From Gemmatimonadota bacterium (GTDB taxonomy: Bacteria > Gemmatimonadota > Gemmatimonadetes > Palauibacterales > Palauibacteraceae), in contig OZ220691.1 of NCBI GenBank assembly GCA_965116475.1, positions 288,001-352,000 on the forward strand: DNA of 64,000 nucleotides, written 5' to 3'. A program made the translations under genes and the position numbers. Of this stretch, positions 19,281-29,740 are shown piece after piece. A model generated the notes under the pieces. It was not told the DNA's origin and ran no database searches. It worked only from the letters and a program-made list of their open reading frames with translations. Every line of letters starts with the position of its first letter. The stretch's first letter is position 1.

Positions 19281-20900
19281 ATGCTTTTTCCGACAGCACC
19301 CCGCCACGGCGGACGGACGCTTTCTACGCTCGTCGCCGCGGCCGGCCTCCTTGCCGGGACGGTTGCCGCCGCCCGGCCCGTCGTGGCGCAGAGCTACGAT
19401 GTGATCATCCGCGGCGGCACGCTTGTCGACGGGTCCGGGGGTCCGGCCCGGGCGGGGGCTGTGGCGATCGACGGCGGGCGGATCGCCGCCGTCGGAGACC
19501 TGGGCGCGGCGACGGCCGACCGGACGATCGACGCGAACGGCCTGCACGTCTTCCCGGGCTTCATCGACACGCATTCGCACGCCATGCCGGCGCTGCTGCG
19601 CGACGAGCTTCGCACCGCGCGGCCGCTCCTCGCGCAGGGGATCACGACGATCTTCGCCAACCCCGATGGCGGCGGCACGGTGGACCTCGCCGACCAGCGG
19701 GCGCGGATCCGGGACCCCGGCGTCGGGGTCAACGTGGGCGCCTTCGTGCCGCACGGAAGCGTGCGGCGCGCCGTGCTGGGGATGCAGGCCCGCGAGGCGA
19801 CGCCGGAGGAACTCGACCGCATGCGGACGATGGTCCGCGAGGGAATGGACGGGGGCGCCTTCGGGCTCTCCTCCGGTCTCTACTATTCGCCGGGTTCGTA
19901 CGCCCCCACCGGCGAGGTCGTCGAACTCGCGAGGATCGCCGCCGGGTACGGAGGCGTGTACCAGAGTCACATCCGCGACGAGTCGGACTATTCGATCGGC
20001 CTCATCGGGGCCGTGGAAGAGGTCATCGAGATCTCGCGGGGCTCCGGCATCACGGGCGTCGTCACGCACATCAAGGCGCTCGGCCCCCGGGTCTGGGGCG
20101 AGTCGGCCGAAGTCGTCCGCCGCATCGAGGCGGCCCGGGCTGAAGGTCTCCGGATTTACGCGGACCAGTATCCCTACGAGGCCTCGGGGACGAGCATCGT
20201 GGGCGCGCTCGTCCCGCGCTGGGCTCTCGCGGGCGAGGGCGGCAACCTGTACGAGCGCATGGAGGATCCCGCCGAGCGGCCCCGGCTCGTGGCGGAGATG
20301 TGGGAGAACCTCGACCGCCGGGGCGGGGCCGACCGGCTCATGCTGCAGGGCGGCCCCCATGGCGGCCGCACCCTGCAGGACGTGGCGGACGATCGCGGGA
20401 TGGACGCGATCGAGACGGCGCTCGCCCTCCTCGTGGAGGCGCTCGACGGAGGCGGCGGGACCGGACTCACGTCGTTCAACATGAACGACGAGGACATCGC
20501 GCGCTTCATGGCGCAGCCCTGGATGATGACCTCCTCCGACGGCTCGCTGTGGGTGCCGGGCGAGGGACATCCCCATCCGCGTGGCTTCGGCGCCTTCCCG
20601 CGCCGGATCCGCAAGTACGTGCTGGAGGAAGGCGTCACCACGCTCGAGCAGGCGATTCACGCCATGACGGCGCTCCCGGCCCGCGTGTACGGGATCGAAG
20701 GCCGCGGCGTGCTCGAACCGGGCGCGGTCGCCGATGTCATCGTCGTGGACCTCGAGCGGTTCCGCGACACCGCCGAGTACGACGATCCGCACGGTCTCGC
20801 CGAGGGGATCGAGTACTCCCTCGTCAATGGTACGCTCGCGATCGACGAGGGCCGCTTTACGGACGCACTCGCCGGCCAGGCGATCGTCAAGACGCGATAA
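19281..20900 (+). CDS. N-acyl-D-amino-acid deacylase (D-aminoacylase), exported
   Basis: Signal peptide; PGFIDTHSH, GLSSGL.Y.PG, SHIRDE, DQYPY, SSDG, PHPR.FG.FPR motifs. Start 19269 or 19281. Confidence 0.9.
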   Translation: MLFPTAPRHGGRTLSTLVAAAGLLAGTVAAARPVVAQSYDVIIRGGTLVDGSGGPARAGAVAIDGGRIAAVGDLGAATADRTIDANGLHVFPGFIDTHSHAMPALLRDELRTARPLLAQGITTIFANPDGGGTVDLADQRARIRDPGVGVNVGAFVPHGSVRRAVLGMQAREATPEELDRMRTMVREGMDGGAFGLSSGLYYSPGSYAPTGEVVELARIAAGYGGVYQSHIRDESDYSIGLIGAVEEVIEISRGSGITGVVTHIKALGPRVWGESAEVVRRIEAARAEGLRIYADQYPYEASGTSIVGALVPRWALAGEGGNLYERMEDPAERPRLVAEMWENLDRRGGADRLMLQGGPHGGRTLQDVADDRGMDAIETALALLVEALDGGGGTGLTSFNMNDEDIARFMAQPWMMTSSDGSLWVPGEGHPHPRGFGAFPRRIRKYVLEEGVTTLEQAIHAMTALPARVYGIEGRGVLEPGAVADVIVVDLERFRDTAEYDDPHGLAEGIEYSLVNGTLAIDEGRFTDALAGQAIVKTR

Positions 20901-20913
20901 CTCAGGAGCAGAC

Positions 20914-23900
20914 ATGCGATTCCCCGCCCCGATTCCCGAAACGCGAACCTTCCTCGCGCGTCTGGCCACCGCGGCCACCGTGTCCGCCGTGGCCGCCTTC
21001 GCGTGGCCCCTCGCCGCGCAGGACGGCGCGAGCGTCGGCGAACTTCCCGCCGGAGTGCGGAACCCGGCCCCGGCCGCGGAGACCGTCGACCCGAGTCTCT
21101 TCGGCGGCCTCTCCTTCCGCTTCGTCGGCCCCTCGCGCGGCGGCCGCGTCACGGCGGTCGAGGGCCACCGCTCCCACCCCCACACCTTCTACCAGGGGGC
21201 GACCGGCGGCGGCGTGTGGAAGACGACGAACTACGGGATGACGTGGGAGAATATCTCCGATGGATATTTCCGGTCTCCGTCCATCGGCCATATCGAAGTG
21301 GCCGACTCGGATCCGAACGTCATCTATGTGGGCACGGGATCGGACGGGATCCGCTCGAATATCATCATCGGAAAGGGCATCCATAAGTCGACGGACGCCG
21401 GAGAGACGTGGGACCACGTCGGGCTCGAGGACGCGGGCCAGATCCCGTCCGTGAAGGCGCACCCGGACAGTCCCGACCTCGTCTATGCGGCCGCGATGGG
21501 GAACCCGTTCATCAACAACGAGACGCGGGGCGTCTATCGCTCGTCGAACGGAGGTCTCGACTGGGAGCGCATCCTCTTCACCTCGGACTCCGTCGGAGCG
21601 GTCGATCTCGAGTTTCACCCGGTGAATCCCGACGTCATCTACGCCGCGATGTGGCGGGCGCAGCGGTATCCGTGGTCGATCGTCTCCGGGGCGAGCGACG
21701 AGGACGGGATCTGGAAGACGACGGACGGGGGCGACACGTGGCGGCGGATCACGGCCGGGCTTCCGGACGGGCTCATCGGCAAGGTGGACTTCTCCGTTTC
21801 GGCGGACATGCCGGACCGCGTCTACGCGCTCGTCGAGGCGCCGGAACCGATCGAGGGCCTGTACCGCTCGGACGACGCGGGGGAGACGTGGGAGCTGATC
21901 AACGACGACCCGCGCAACCAGCTCATGCACCGGCCCTTCTACTTCACGAACGTGATCGCGGACCCGACGGACGGGGACGTACTCTATGTCCTCAACCTGT
22001 CCACCTGGAAGTCGACGGACGGAGGGGAGACCTTCAGTACGATCCCTAACGTGCACGGGGATGACCACGATCTGTGGATCAATCCGGACGACTCGCGGAT
22101 CATGGTGCACGGGAGCGACGGGGGCGGGGTCGTGACGCTGGACGGCGGGCAGACGTGGTCGCCGGTCAACAACCAGCCCACCGCCGAACTCTACCAGGTC
22201 GATGTGGACGACCGCTTCCCCTACTGGCTCTACGCGGGGCAGCAGGACGATGCGTTCACGGTCGCCGTGCCGAGCCGGCAGCCCTCGGTCTCCGCGCCGG
22301 GCGGTCCGGACGCGTACTGGCGTTCGCCGGGCGGGTGCGAGACGGGCCCCGCCGTGCCGAAGCCGGGCGACCCCGACGTCGTGTACGCGAACTGCAAGGG
22401 GCGCTTCGGAGTCTACAACCAGCGCACCGGGCAGGAGCAGCAGTACTACGTGGGCGCGGTGAACATGTACGGTACGAACCCCGCCAACCTTCCCTACCGC
22501 TTCCAGCGCGTCGTGCCCATCGAGGTCTCGCCGCACGACCCGAACCTCGTCTATCACGGCTCGCAGTACGTGCACCGGACGATGGACGGGGGCCGGACAT
22601 GGGAGCGGATCTCTCCCGACCTCACGGCGTTCCCGCCGGAGCGGCAGATGGTGTCGGGCGGGCCGATCACGCGCGACGCGACCGGGGAGGAGCACTATTC
22701 CACGCTCTATGTGATCGAGGCCTCGCCGCACGACCCGGACGTGATCTGGACGGGGGCGAACGATGGCCCGGTGTACGTGACGCTGGATGGCGCGGAGACG
22801 TGGGAGAACGTGACGCCGGCGGATATGCCGCCCGAGGGCCGCATCAACTCGATCGACATCTCCCGGCACGATCCGGACAAGGTGTACGTGGCCGGATACC
22901 GCTTCCTGCTGGGTGACTTCCGGCCCTACGTCTACCGGACGGAGGACGCGGGGGAGACGTGGACGCTCCTCACCGATGGGACGAGCGGCATCCCGGCGGA
23001 CGTGCCCGTGCGGGTCGTGCGCGAGGATCCGGACCGCGCGGGGCTCCTGTACGCGGGGACGGAGTTCGGGCTCTTCATCTCCTTCGACGACGGGGCGACG
23101 TGGCAGTCGTTCCAGCTCGACCTGCCGCTCACGCCCGTAACGGACATCGAGGTGTACCGGCAGGACCTGGCGCTCTCGACGATGGGCCGCGGGTTCTGGG
23201 TGCTGGACGATGTTACGCCGTTGCACGAGATCGGCGCGGACGGATCGGTCGCGGCGGAGGGCGGGGCGCACCTGTTCGAGGGACGGCCGCAGTACCGCAC
23301 GCGGCCGGGACGTAACTCGGGCTTCGAGTGGGCCTCGAACACGGCGCGGCCGGACTACCGCGGGGCGGGCGCGGACATCAGCTACTGGATCTCGCCGGAG
23401 CTGGGGCCCGACGAGACCGTGCGGATCGACATCGTCGACGCGGGCGGCGAGGTCATCCGCTCTTACGCCAGCGGCGGGGGCGGCGGCGCGGCCCGGGCGG
23501 GGGGACCGGCGATGCAGCGCATGGCGCCGCGCGGCGGCGCCGCGCGGGGGGTCTCGTCGGCGCCGGGCGTACACCGGCTGCGCTGGGACATGCGCTCGCA
23601 GGGCGAGGGCCGCGGCGGGCCGGTCGTGCCACCGGGCGAGTACACGGTGCGCCTCTCGGCGGGCGACGTGACGACCGAGACGGGGCTCGAACTGCGGATC
23701 GACCCGCGGGTGGCGGCGGAGGGGGTGACCGTCGCCGACCTCGAGGAGCAGTACCGGTTCAACCTCGCCATGCGGGAGACGATGGCGGAGGCGCGTGGGG
23801 TCGCGGACGGCATCGACGACCTGCGCGAGCGCGTCGCCGAGGCGCGCGCGGACGCCGGCGGCGGCCGCAACGAGACGCTCGACGAACTGGCCGCGGAGCT

Positions 23901-24114
23901 GGACGAACTCGATGCCCGCGTGAACGACGCGGGGGGCAGCTATCCGCGCCCCATGCTCCTCAGCCAGCTCAACTACCTCGCCGGCATGACCGGGCGGGCC
24001 GACCAGGCGCCGGGCGCCGACGCCTACGAGCGGCACGAGGAACTCAGGGAGCAGGTCCTGGAGGTGAGCGAATGGCTGCAGGCGCTGGTGCGACGACTGA
24101 CCGCCACCGACTGA
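20914..24114 (+). CDS. Vps10/sortilin-like BNR (Asp-box) repeat protein, exported
   Basis: AGGAG RBS; signal peptide; GP.RGGRV; many S/T-x-D-x-G-x-T-W Asp-boxes; C-terminal coiled-coil. Confidence 0.88.
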   Translation: MRFPAPIPETRTFLARLATAATVSAVAAFAWPLAAQDGASVGELPAGVRNPAPAAETVDPSLFGGLSFRFVGPSRGGRVTAVEGHRSHPHTFYQGATGGGVWKTTNYGMTWENISDGYFRSPSIGHIEVADSDPNVIYVGTGSDGIRSNIIIGKGIHKSTDAGETWDHVGLEDAGQIPSVKAHPDSPDLVYAAAMGNPFINNETRGVYRSSNGGLDWERILFTSDSVGAVDLEFHPVNPDVIYAAMWRAQRYPWSIVSGASDEDGIWKTTDGGDTWRRITAGLPDGLIGKVDFSVSADMPDRVYALVEAPEPIEGLYRSDDAGETWELINDDPRNQLMHRPFYFTNVIADPTDGDVLYVLNLSTWKSTDGGETFSTIPNVHGDDHDLWINPDDSRIMVHGSDGGGVVTLDGGQTWSPVNNQPTAELYQVDVDDRFPYWLYAGQQDDAFTVAVPSRQPSVSAPGGPDAYWRSPGGCETGPAVPKPGDPDVVYANCKGRFGVYNQRTGQEQQYYVGAVNMYGTNPANLPYRFQRVVPIEVSPHDPNLVYHGSQYVHRTMDGGRTWERISPDLTAFPPERQMVSGGPITRDATGEEHYSTLYVIEASPHDPDVIWTGANDGPVYVTLDGAETWENVTPADMPPEGRINSIDISRHDPDKVYVAGYRFLLGDFRPYVYRTEDAGETWTLLTDGTSGIPADVPVRVVREDPDRAGLLYAGTEFGLFISFDDGATWQSFQLDLPLTPVTDIEVYRQDLALSTMGRGFWVLDDVTPLHEIGADGSVAAEGGAHLFEGRPQYRTRPGRNSGFEWASNTARPDYRGAGADISYWISPELGPDETVRIDIVDAGGEVIRSYASGGGGGAARAGGPAMQRMAPRGGAARGVSSAPGVHRLRWDMRSQGEGRGGPVVPPGEYTVRLSAGDVTTETGLELRIDPRVAAEGVTVADLEEQYRFNLAMRETMAEARGVADGIDDLRERVAEARADAGGGRNETLDELAAELDELDARVNDAGGSYPRPMLLSQLNYLAGMTGRADQAPGADAYERHEELREQVLEVSEWLQALVRRLTATD

Positions 24115-24152
24115 CCGCCACCGGCTGAGCGCAACCGGCTGAGCGCAACCCG
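24097..24152. repeat. 4 x 14-bp degenerate tandem repeat spanning a stop codon
   Basis: ctgaccgccaccga, ctgaccgccaccgg, ctgagcgcaaccgg, ctgagcgcaacccg. Confidence 0.85.
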
Positions 24153-24161
24153 AGGTAGCGC

Positions 24162-25022
24162 ATGTTCGACCTCAGTCTCATCGCGCACCCGCTGAGGGGT
24201 ACGCCCTTCGGCGCGGCGCTCGACCTGTGCCTGATCCTCGCCGCCCTGGTCTGGCTCCTGGGCGTCGTCACCCGCGAGTTCTCGTGGATCGACCGCCTGT
24301 GGTCGATATGCCCTGCCGTGTACTGTCTCATCGTGGCCTTCGGGACGGGCTTCGCCTCGCCCCGCGTGAACCTCATGACGGCCCTCGTCGTCCTCTGGGG
24401 AGCGCGCCTGACCTTCAACTTCGCGCGCAAGGGGGGATACGGGCCGGGCGGCGAGGACTACCGCTGGGCCACCGTGCGGGAGAAGATGGGGCCCGTCGGG
24501 ATGCAGGTGCTCAACCTCACCTTCATCAGCTTCGGACAGATGGTGCTCATCTGGTGGTTCACCTCGCCCGTGCACCAGGCCGCGGTGTGGAGCGAGACGC
24601 CGCTCGGCTGGCTGGATTTCCTGACCGCCGCGCTGTTCCTCGCGCTCTTCGCCGGCGAGGCGGTGGCCGACAAGCAGATGTGGCGCTTCCAACAGGACAA
24701 GAAGCGGCGGATCGCGGCGGGGGAAGAGGTGCCGCAACCCTTCATGACAGCGGGCCTGTTCCGCTATTGCCGCCATCCCAACTTCTTCTGCGAGCTGGGG
24801 ATGTGGTGGGTGTTCTACCTGTTCGCCGTCTCCGCATCCGGGGAGTGGCTCCACTGGACGGGCCTCGGCTTCATCCTGCTCACGGCGCTGATCATTCCGT
24901 CCATGCGCCTCACCGAATCAATCTCGGCGTCGAAGTACCCCGCCTACCGCGACTACCAGGCGAGCACCCCGGCGCTCATCCCCGGACTGCGCCTCGGAAG
25001 GACGCACCCCTCTCCCGAGTAG
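24162..25022 (+). CDS. DUF1295 / steroid 5-alpha-reductase-like membrane protein
   Basis: S.IDRLWS, WG.RL, GEDYRW, E..AD.Q, GLFRYCRHPNFF.E motifs. Confidence 0.88.
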   Translation: MFDLSLIAHPLRGTPFGAALDLCLILAALVWLLGVVTREFSWIDRLWSICPAVYCLIVAFGTGFASPRVNLMTALVVLWGARLTFNFARKGGYGPGGEDYRWATVREKMGPVGMQVLNLTFISFGQMVLIWWFTSPVHQAAVWSETPLGWLDFLTAALFLALFAGEAVADKQMWRFQQDKKRRIAAGEEVPQPFMTAGLFRYCRHPNFFCELGMWWVFYLFAVSASGEWLHWTGLGFILLTALIIPSMRLTESISASKYPAYRDYQASTPALIPGLRLGRTHPSPE

Positions 25023-25130
25023 CGGGCCGCGGACAACGCTCCGGTGGCGTCAACTGTCCCAGTGATGCCCGAGCGGTGAGGGAGATCCTCCCCCCGCGTC
25101 GAGATAGCCTCCGGACAGTGACGTGTCACC

Positions 25131-26420
25131 ATGCCCCGTGCTTGCGGTTCCATCTGCCGCGTGGCCGCCGTCGCACTCTGCCTCGCGGCAGCGGGCCGAG
25201 GCGGCGGGCCCGTCGCTGCTCAGACCGCCGACACTGACATCCCCATCTCTCCCGCTGTTGAAGAAGTCTTCACGGTGGGCGTGGTGGAAGGCGCCGCGTG
25301 GGAGATGTTCGGCTACGTCTCGGACATCGCCTTTGACGCCGACGGCACGCTGTTCATCCTTGACGACCTCGCCGGACACATCGTGGTCATCGATTCGGCG
25401 GGTGATTTCGTCCGAACGATCGCGAACAAGGGCGACGGACCCGGCGAACTCATCCAGCCGATCGCAATTGCCGTCCTGCGCGACGGCCGAATCGCCGTCA
25501 ACGATATCGGAAAACCAGGTGTGCAGCTCTTCCGCCGTGACGGCGAGTTTCTCCATGGCGTTCCGTTCGGCCCCGCCGAGGGCATGCCCGGATCGCCGAT
25601 CTACGCCTTGCCCGACCACAGCCTCCTCTCGCCTGAACTGATCGGCTTTTCGGCCTCCACCATGACTGAAGCGGAGGAGGGTCGGCCGATCACGCGCTTC
25701 CGGCTCGACGGAACCCGTGATGTCTTCTACGCCGCCTGGGACGATCCCGCTCCGCCGGTACTTGAGAGTGGCGAAGAAGCGCAGGGCGCCAGACTCGTGA
25801 CGAGGTCGATCGAGGCCTTCACCTTGCCGTTGAGTCTTGGCGTACTGCACGATGGGCGCATCGCCCTGGTCGATTCGATCGGTTACAGGATCAAGCTCCT
25901 GGATGGGTCGGGTCGCGTGACGGACATCCTCGAGCGGCCTCTGGTTCCGATCACGGTGACCGGCGCGATCCGCGACGCAGAGTCCGAGCGCCGTATCGAG
26001 GCGCTCCGATCCCGCGACGACGGGGCCGTGTCCGTACAGCGAGTCGGCGGACGCCCTGGTGGCGTCAGTCCGGAGGCGAGGCGAAACGCAATGCGGGAGG
26101 CCCTGCGCCGGGCGGAAGACCGCATCCGGGATATGGTCTTTCCCGAAGAGATGCCGGTCATCGCCAACGTTGCCGTGGACTGGAATGATCGCATTTGGAT
26201 CCAGCGATCGGCGCCGCCGGGCGAGACCGGCCCGACAGACGTTCTCGCGGCGGACGGACGGTATCTCGGCACCATCCCTTCCGATGGCCTTCGAATCCCT
26301 ACCGCATTTGGACCGGAGGGACTCCTGGCGTACGTCGAGCGCGACGCCTTTGACATCCAGCGCGTCCGCGTCGTCCGGCTCGTCGGAGATCAGCCGCTGG
26401 AGACTCCTGTCCGGGATTAA
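25131..26420 (+). CDS. Exported 6-bladed beta-propeller (NHL-like) protein, paralog 1
   Basis: Signal peptide; G.GPGEL..P NHL-like motif; clear similarity to the next two genes. Confidence 0.8.
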   Translation: MPRACGSICRVAAVALCLAAAGRGGGPVAAQTADTDIPISPAVEEVFTVGVVEGAAWEMFGYVSDIAFDADGTLFILDDLAGHIVVIDSAGDFVRTIANKGDGPGELIQPIAIAVLRDGRIAVNDIGKPGVQLFRRDGEFLHGVPFGPAEGMPGSPIYALPDHSLLSPELIGFSASTMTEAEEGRPITRFRLDGTRDVFYAAWDDPAPPVLESGEEAQGARLVTRSIEAFTLPLSLGVLHDGRIALVDSIGYRIKLLDGSGRVTDILERPLVPITVTGAIRDAESERRIEALRSRDDGAVSVQRVGGRPGGVSPEARRNAMREALRRAEDRIRDMVFPEEMPVIANVAVDWNDRIWIQRSAPPGETGPTDVLAADGRYLGTIPSDGLRIPTAFGPEGLLAYVERDAFDIQRVRVVRLVGDQPLETPVRD

Positions 26421-26423
26421 CCG

Positions 26424-26447
26424 GGCACGTTCCCGCGGGAACGTGCC
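26424..26447. promoter_or_regulatory. Perfect 24-bp palindrome GGCACGTTCCCGCGGGAACGTGCC (candidate protein-binding site)
   Basis: Self-complementary with no loop; 18-bp core recurs at 29257-29274. Confidence 0.6.
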
Positions 26448-26505
26448 TCAACTATCTTCATAGTCGAAACCCGTCGACTCCCCCCTGCGCAAGGAGCAAC
26501 AGCCG

Positions 26506-27816
26506 ATGCGCCGCTCGCACAGCCGTACCGTCCATGCCGCACTCGCTCCGCTCGTCCTGTCGGCCGCGGCCTGCGGCGGAGGCGGCGAATCCACCGCCCG
26601 CGGGCTCGATAGCCCCGACGTCACGCTCTCGCCCGCGACGGACACGCTATACACCGTGGGCGTGCTGGACGGAGCCGAATGGGAGATGTTCGGCCGCGTC
26701 GCGGACGTCGCTTTCGACGCGGACGGCTCGCTCTTCATCCTCGACAGCGATGCCGGGCACGTGGTCGTGGTCGATCCCGCGGGCGCGTTCGTCCGCACCA
26801 TCGCCAGCAAGGGGGAAGGACCCGGCGAGCTCAGCTTCCCGACCAGCCTCATGGTCTTTCGCGACGGGCGGATCGGAGTGCGCGATGTCCGAAACCGGAA
26901 CATCGCGCTCTTCGACCGCACGGGAGAGTTCCTCGAAAACGTCCGGCTCGATCCGGAGGGCGCCACGCCGTCGGGGCGGCTTCGCGCCTTGCCCGATCAC
27001 AGCCTCATTGCGCCGGCCCGCCAGTTCAGCTTCTCGCCGGAGGGAACCATGGAACGCGAAGAGGGCCGCCCGATCACCCGCTTCCGGCTCGACGGAAACA
27101 CGGAGCTGTTCCATGAGGCCTGGGCGCCGCCGCCGCGCGACACGCGCACCGATGAAGCGGAGGCAGGGAACGTCCGTATTCAGATGGAGGCCGGAGGGGC
27201 CTTTCCGCTGCCGCTGGCGCTGGGCGTGCTCGGTGACGGACGCGTCGCGCTCGCGGACTCGGTGGGCTACCGCATCAAGCTGCTCGATGCGGCGGGGGCC
27301 ATCGTGTCGACCCTCGAGCGGCCGGTGCCGCCCGTGGCCGTGACGCCCGCGATCGAGGAGGCCGAGCGCGAGCGCCGTCTCGAGAGCCTGGAATCCGGCG
27401 GAGGCGGTGGAGGCGGCGGCATCATGACCCTGAGCATCACGGCGGCCTCCAGGGCGGGTGGCGGCGGGAACCCCATGGATTCAGAGGCGATGCAGGAGGC
27501 CCTGCGGAGGATGCGCGAGGACCAGATCCGGGACCTGGCGTTCCCGGAGGAGATGCCGGTGATCACGAACCTGGCCGTGGACGGGAGCGACCGCATCTGG
27601 GTGCAACGCTCCGCCCTCCCCGGGGAGACCGGTCCGATCGACATCCTGAGCGCCGACGGGCGGTACTTCGGCTCGCTCCCCACGGACGGCCTGAGGATCC
27701 CCAGAGCCTTCGGGCCGGACGGCCTGCTCGCCTACGTGGAGCGCGACGACCTCGACATCCAGCGCGTCATCGTCGTCCGGCTCATGGCCGACGAACAACT
27801 GGAGGGCGCTCGCTGA
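26506..27816 (+). CDS. 6-bladed beta-propeller lipoprotein, paralog 2
   Basis: AAGGAG RBS; lipobox [13 protein letters not shown]; shared WEMFG and FPEEMPVI blocks. Confidence 0.82.
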   Translation: MRRSHSRTVHAALAPLVLSAAACGGGGESTARGLDSPDVTLSPATDTLYTVGVLDGAEWEMFGRVADVAFDADGSLFILDSDAGHVVVVDPAGAFVRTIASKGEGPGELSFPTSLMVFRDGRIGVRDVRNRNIALFDRTGEFLENVRLDPEGATPSGRLRALPDHSLIAPARQFSFSPEGTMEREEGRPITRFRLDGNTELFHEAWAPPPRDTRTDEAEAGNVRIQMEAGGAFPLPLALGVLGDGRVALADSVGYRIKLLDAAGAIVSTLERPVPPVAVTPAIEEAERERRLESLESGGGGGGGGIMTLSITAASRAGGGGNPMDSEAMQEALRRMREDQIRDLAFPEEMPVITNLAVDGSDRIWVQRSALPGETGPIDILSADGRYFGSLPTDGLRIPRAFGPDGLLAYVERDDLDIQRVIVVRLMADEQLEGAR

Positions 27817-27914
27817 GCACGGGCGCGAACCCGGACCGTGGGCAACCGTCGTCCCGGTCTCCATTGTCGCACGCGGTGTCCGGCCTGTCGCCCGCTTCAA
27901 CCGGGGGGAACCTC

Positions 27915-29249
27915 ATGCGCAAGATCCCTTGCCGTACGCGCCGCACGCGTCCTCTCGCCCAACTCGCCGTTCCGCCTGCGGTCGCCGCCTGCGGAGGGGA
28001 CGCAGGACCGGCCGCAGGACTGCCCCCCTCCGGACTCGACAGCCCGGACGTCCCCCTCGCGCCCAGCGTGGAGGAGGTGTACACCGTCGGCGTGATCGAC
28101 GGGGCCGCGTGGGAGATGTTCGGCAGCGTGACGGGCGTCGCCTTCGACCGGGACGGCTCGCTCTTCATCCTCGACAATGACGCCGGTCACGTCGTCGTCG
28201 TCGGCCCGGGCGGCGAGTTCGTGCGGACGATTTCGAACAAGGGCGAGGGACCCGGGGAACTCAACCAGCCGCGGGGACTCGCGGTGCTCGGCGATGGGCG
28301 GATCGCCGTCAACGACATGGGTCGCGGCATACAGGTCTTCAGCCCCGACGGCGCATCGTTCCAGGAGGCCGGTTTCACCTTCCAGACGGGGGCGCCCGGT
28401 CCTGAAATGCACGCCATGCCGGACCACAGCCTCCTCTCGGCGGGACTCATGAGCGGGTCGCTGGCCGCCCTCCTGGGAGGGGAGGAAGAAGAGGCGCCGG
28501 CGGGTCGGCCGATCGGCCGGTTCCGGCTCGACGGGACGCAGGAGGAGTTCCACCTGGCCTGGGCCGGGCCGCCCCTGGAGGAGACGGAGACGGCGGCCGG
28601 CAATATCCGAATGATCACGTCGCGGATGGAAGCGTTCCCGCTTCCCCTGAGCTTCGGCGTGCTCCGGGATGGCCGCGTCGCCCTGGCCGATTCGGTCGGC
28701 TACCGGATCAAGATCCTCGATGCATCGGGGCAGGTGACGGGCACGCTCGAGCGGCTGATCCCCCCCGTCGCGGTCACCGATGAGATCCGGGACGCGGAGC
28801 GCGAGCGCCGGCTCGCCGCCCTGGCGGAAGGCGGGAGTGGAGGCGGCGGGCGCATGGTTTTCATGAGTCCGATTTCGATCAGCGGCACCGCCGGCTCCGG
28901 CGCGCCGAGAGGTCCCGATCCGGAGGCGATGCGCCGCATGATGGAAGGCCGGATCGAGGACATGGTGTTTCCGGAGGAGGTGCCGGTGATCTCGAGACTG
29001 GCCGTGGACCGGAGCGACCGCATCTGGGTCGAACGCTCCGCCCTGCGGGGAGAGCCCGGTCCCACGGACATTCTCACGGCGGAGGGTCAGTACTTCGGCA
29101 CCATCGCCCCGGACGGGGTTCGCATCCCGGCCGCGTTCGGGCCGGACGGCCTGCTCGCCTACATCGACCGCGACGAACTCGACATCCAGCGCGTACGCGT
29201 CGTCCGTCTCGTCGGCGATCGATTGCTGGAAAGCGCGGACGGCGGCTGA
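27915..29249 (+). CDS. 6-bladed beta-propeller lipoprotein, paralog 3
   Basis: Lipobox VAAC; same conserved blocks as paralogs 1 and 2. Confidence 0.82.
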   Translation: MRKIPCRTRRTRPLAQLAVPPAVAACGGDAGPAAGLPPSGLDSPDVPLAPSVEEVYTVGVIDGAAWEMFGSVTGVAFDRDGSLFILDNDAGHVVVVGPGGEFVRTISNKGEGPGELNQPRGLAVLGDGRIAVNDMGRGIQVFSPDGASFQEAGFTFQTGAPGPEMHAMPDHSLLSAGLMSGSLAALLGGEEEEAPAGRPIGRFRLDGTQEEFHLAWAGPPLEETETAAGNIRMITSRMEAFPLPLSFGVLRDGRVALADSVGYRIKILDASGQVTGTLERLIPPVAVTDEIRDAERERRLAALAEGGSGGGGRMVFMSPISISGTAGSGAPRGPDPEAMRRMMEGRIEDMVFPEEVPVISRLAVDRSDRIWVERSALRGEPGPTDILTAEGQYFGTIAPDGVRIPAAFGPDGLLAYIDRDELDIQRVRVVRLVGDRLLESADGG

Positions 29250-29255
29250 CCAACC

Positions 29256-29275
29256 GACGTTCCCGCGGGAACGTC
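29256..29275. promoter_or_regulatory. Perfect 20-bp palindrome GACGTTCCCGCGGGAACGTC (second copy)
   Basis: Same 18-bp core as 26427-26444, again just after a stop codon. Confidence 0.6.
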
Positions 29276-29306
29276 CACGCCGACCCCGAGCGGGCCGTCG
29301 GCCGGC

Positions 29307-29648
29307 TTAGCGCGACTTCTTCGCCACGAAGAGCGCGAGCAGCAGCGCCACCGCAGGAATCGCGGCCTGCGGCGCCGTCCCCGCCCGCACGAGCGTGTAG
29401 ATCGCGCCGGCCATGATCGGAATGACGATGACGGCGGCCAGGAACCGCGTCGGGCGCCTCAGGAATCCCACCCCCGCCAGCGCCTCCACGACACCGATCA
29501 GGTACTGGAACCACGCCGGGTAGCCCCAGACGGCAAACTGGTCGACCATCATCCCGGCGATCTTCATCCCGCCGTTCAGAAGGAAGAGCAGCGCGAGCAG
29601 AATCGACGCCACGTTGACGGCCTTGCCTGCATTCCCGTTGTCCGCCAC
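29307..29648 (-). CDS. DoxX-family membrane protein
   Basis: GAGGAGG RBS before GTG; four TM segments; G.MK, F..WGYP.WF..LIG..E motif. Confidence 0.85.
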   Translation of the reverse strand: MADNGNAGKAVNVASILLALLFLLNGGMKIAGMMVDQFAVWGYPAWFQYLIGVVEALAGVGFLRRPTRFLAAVIVIPIMAGAIYTLVRAGTAPQAAIPAVALLLALFVAKKSR

Positions 29649-29740
29649 TGAACCCTCCTCGCGTTACGAGTCCCTGGTCCGGTTCCCCGTCGATCCCTGA
29701 ACCTTGGTCCAACCCCGACCCGCGGCCAGAGCCCGGGTCG

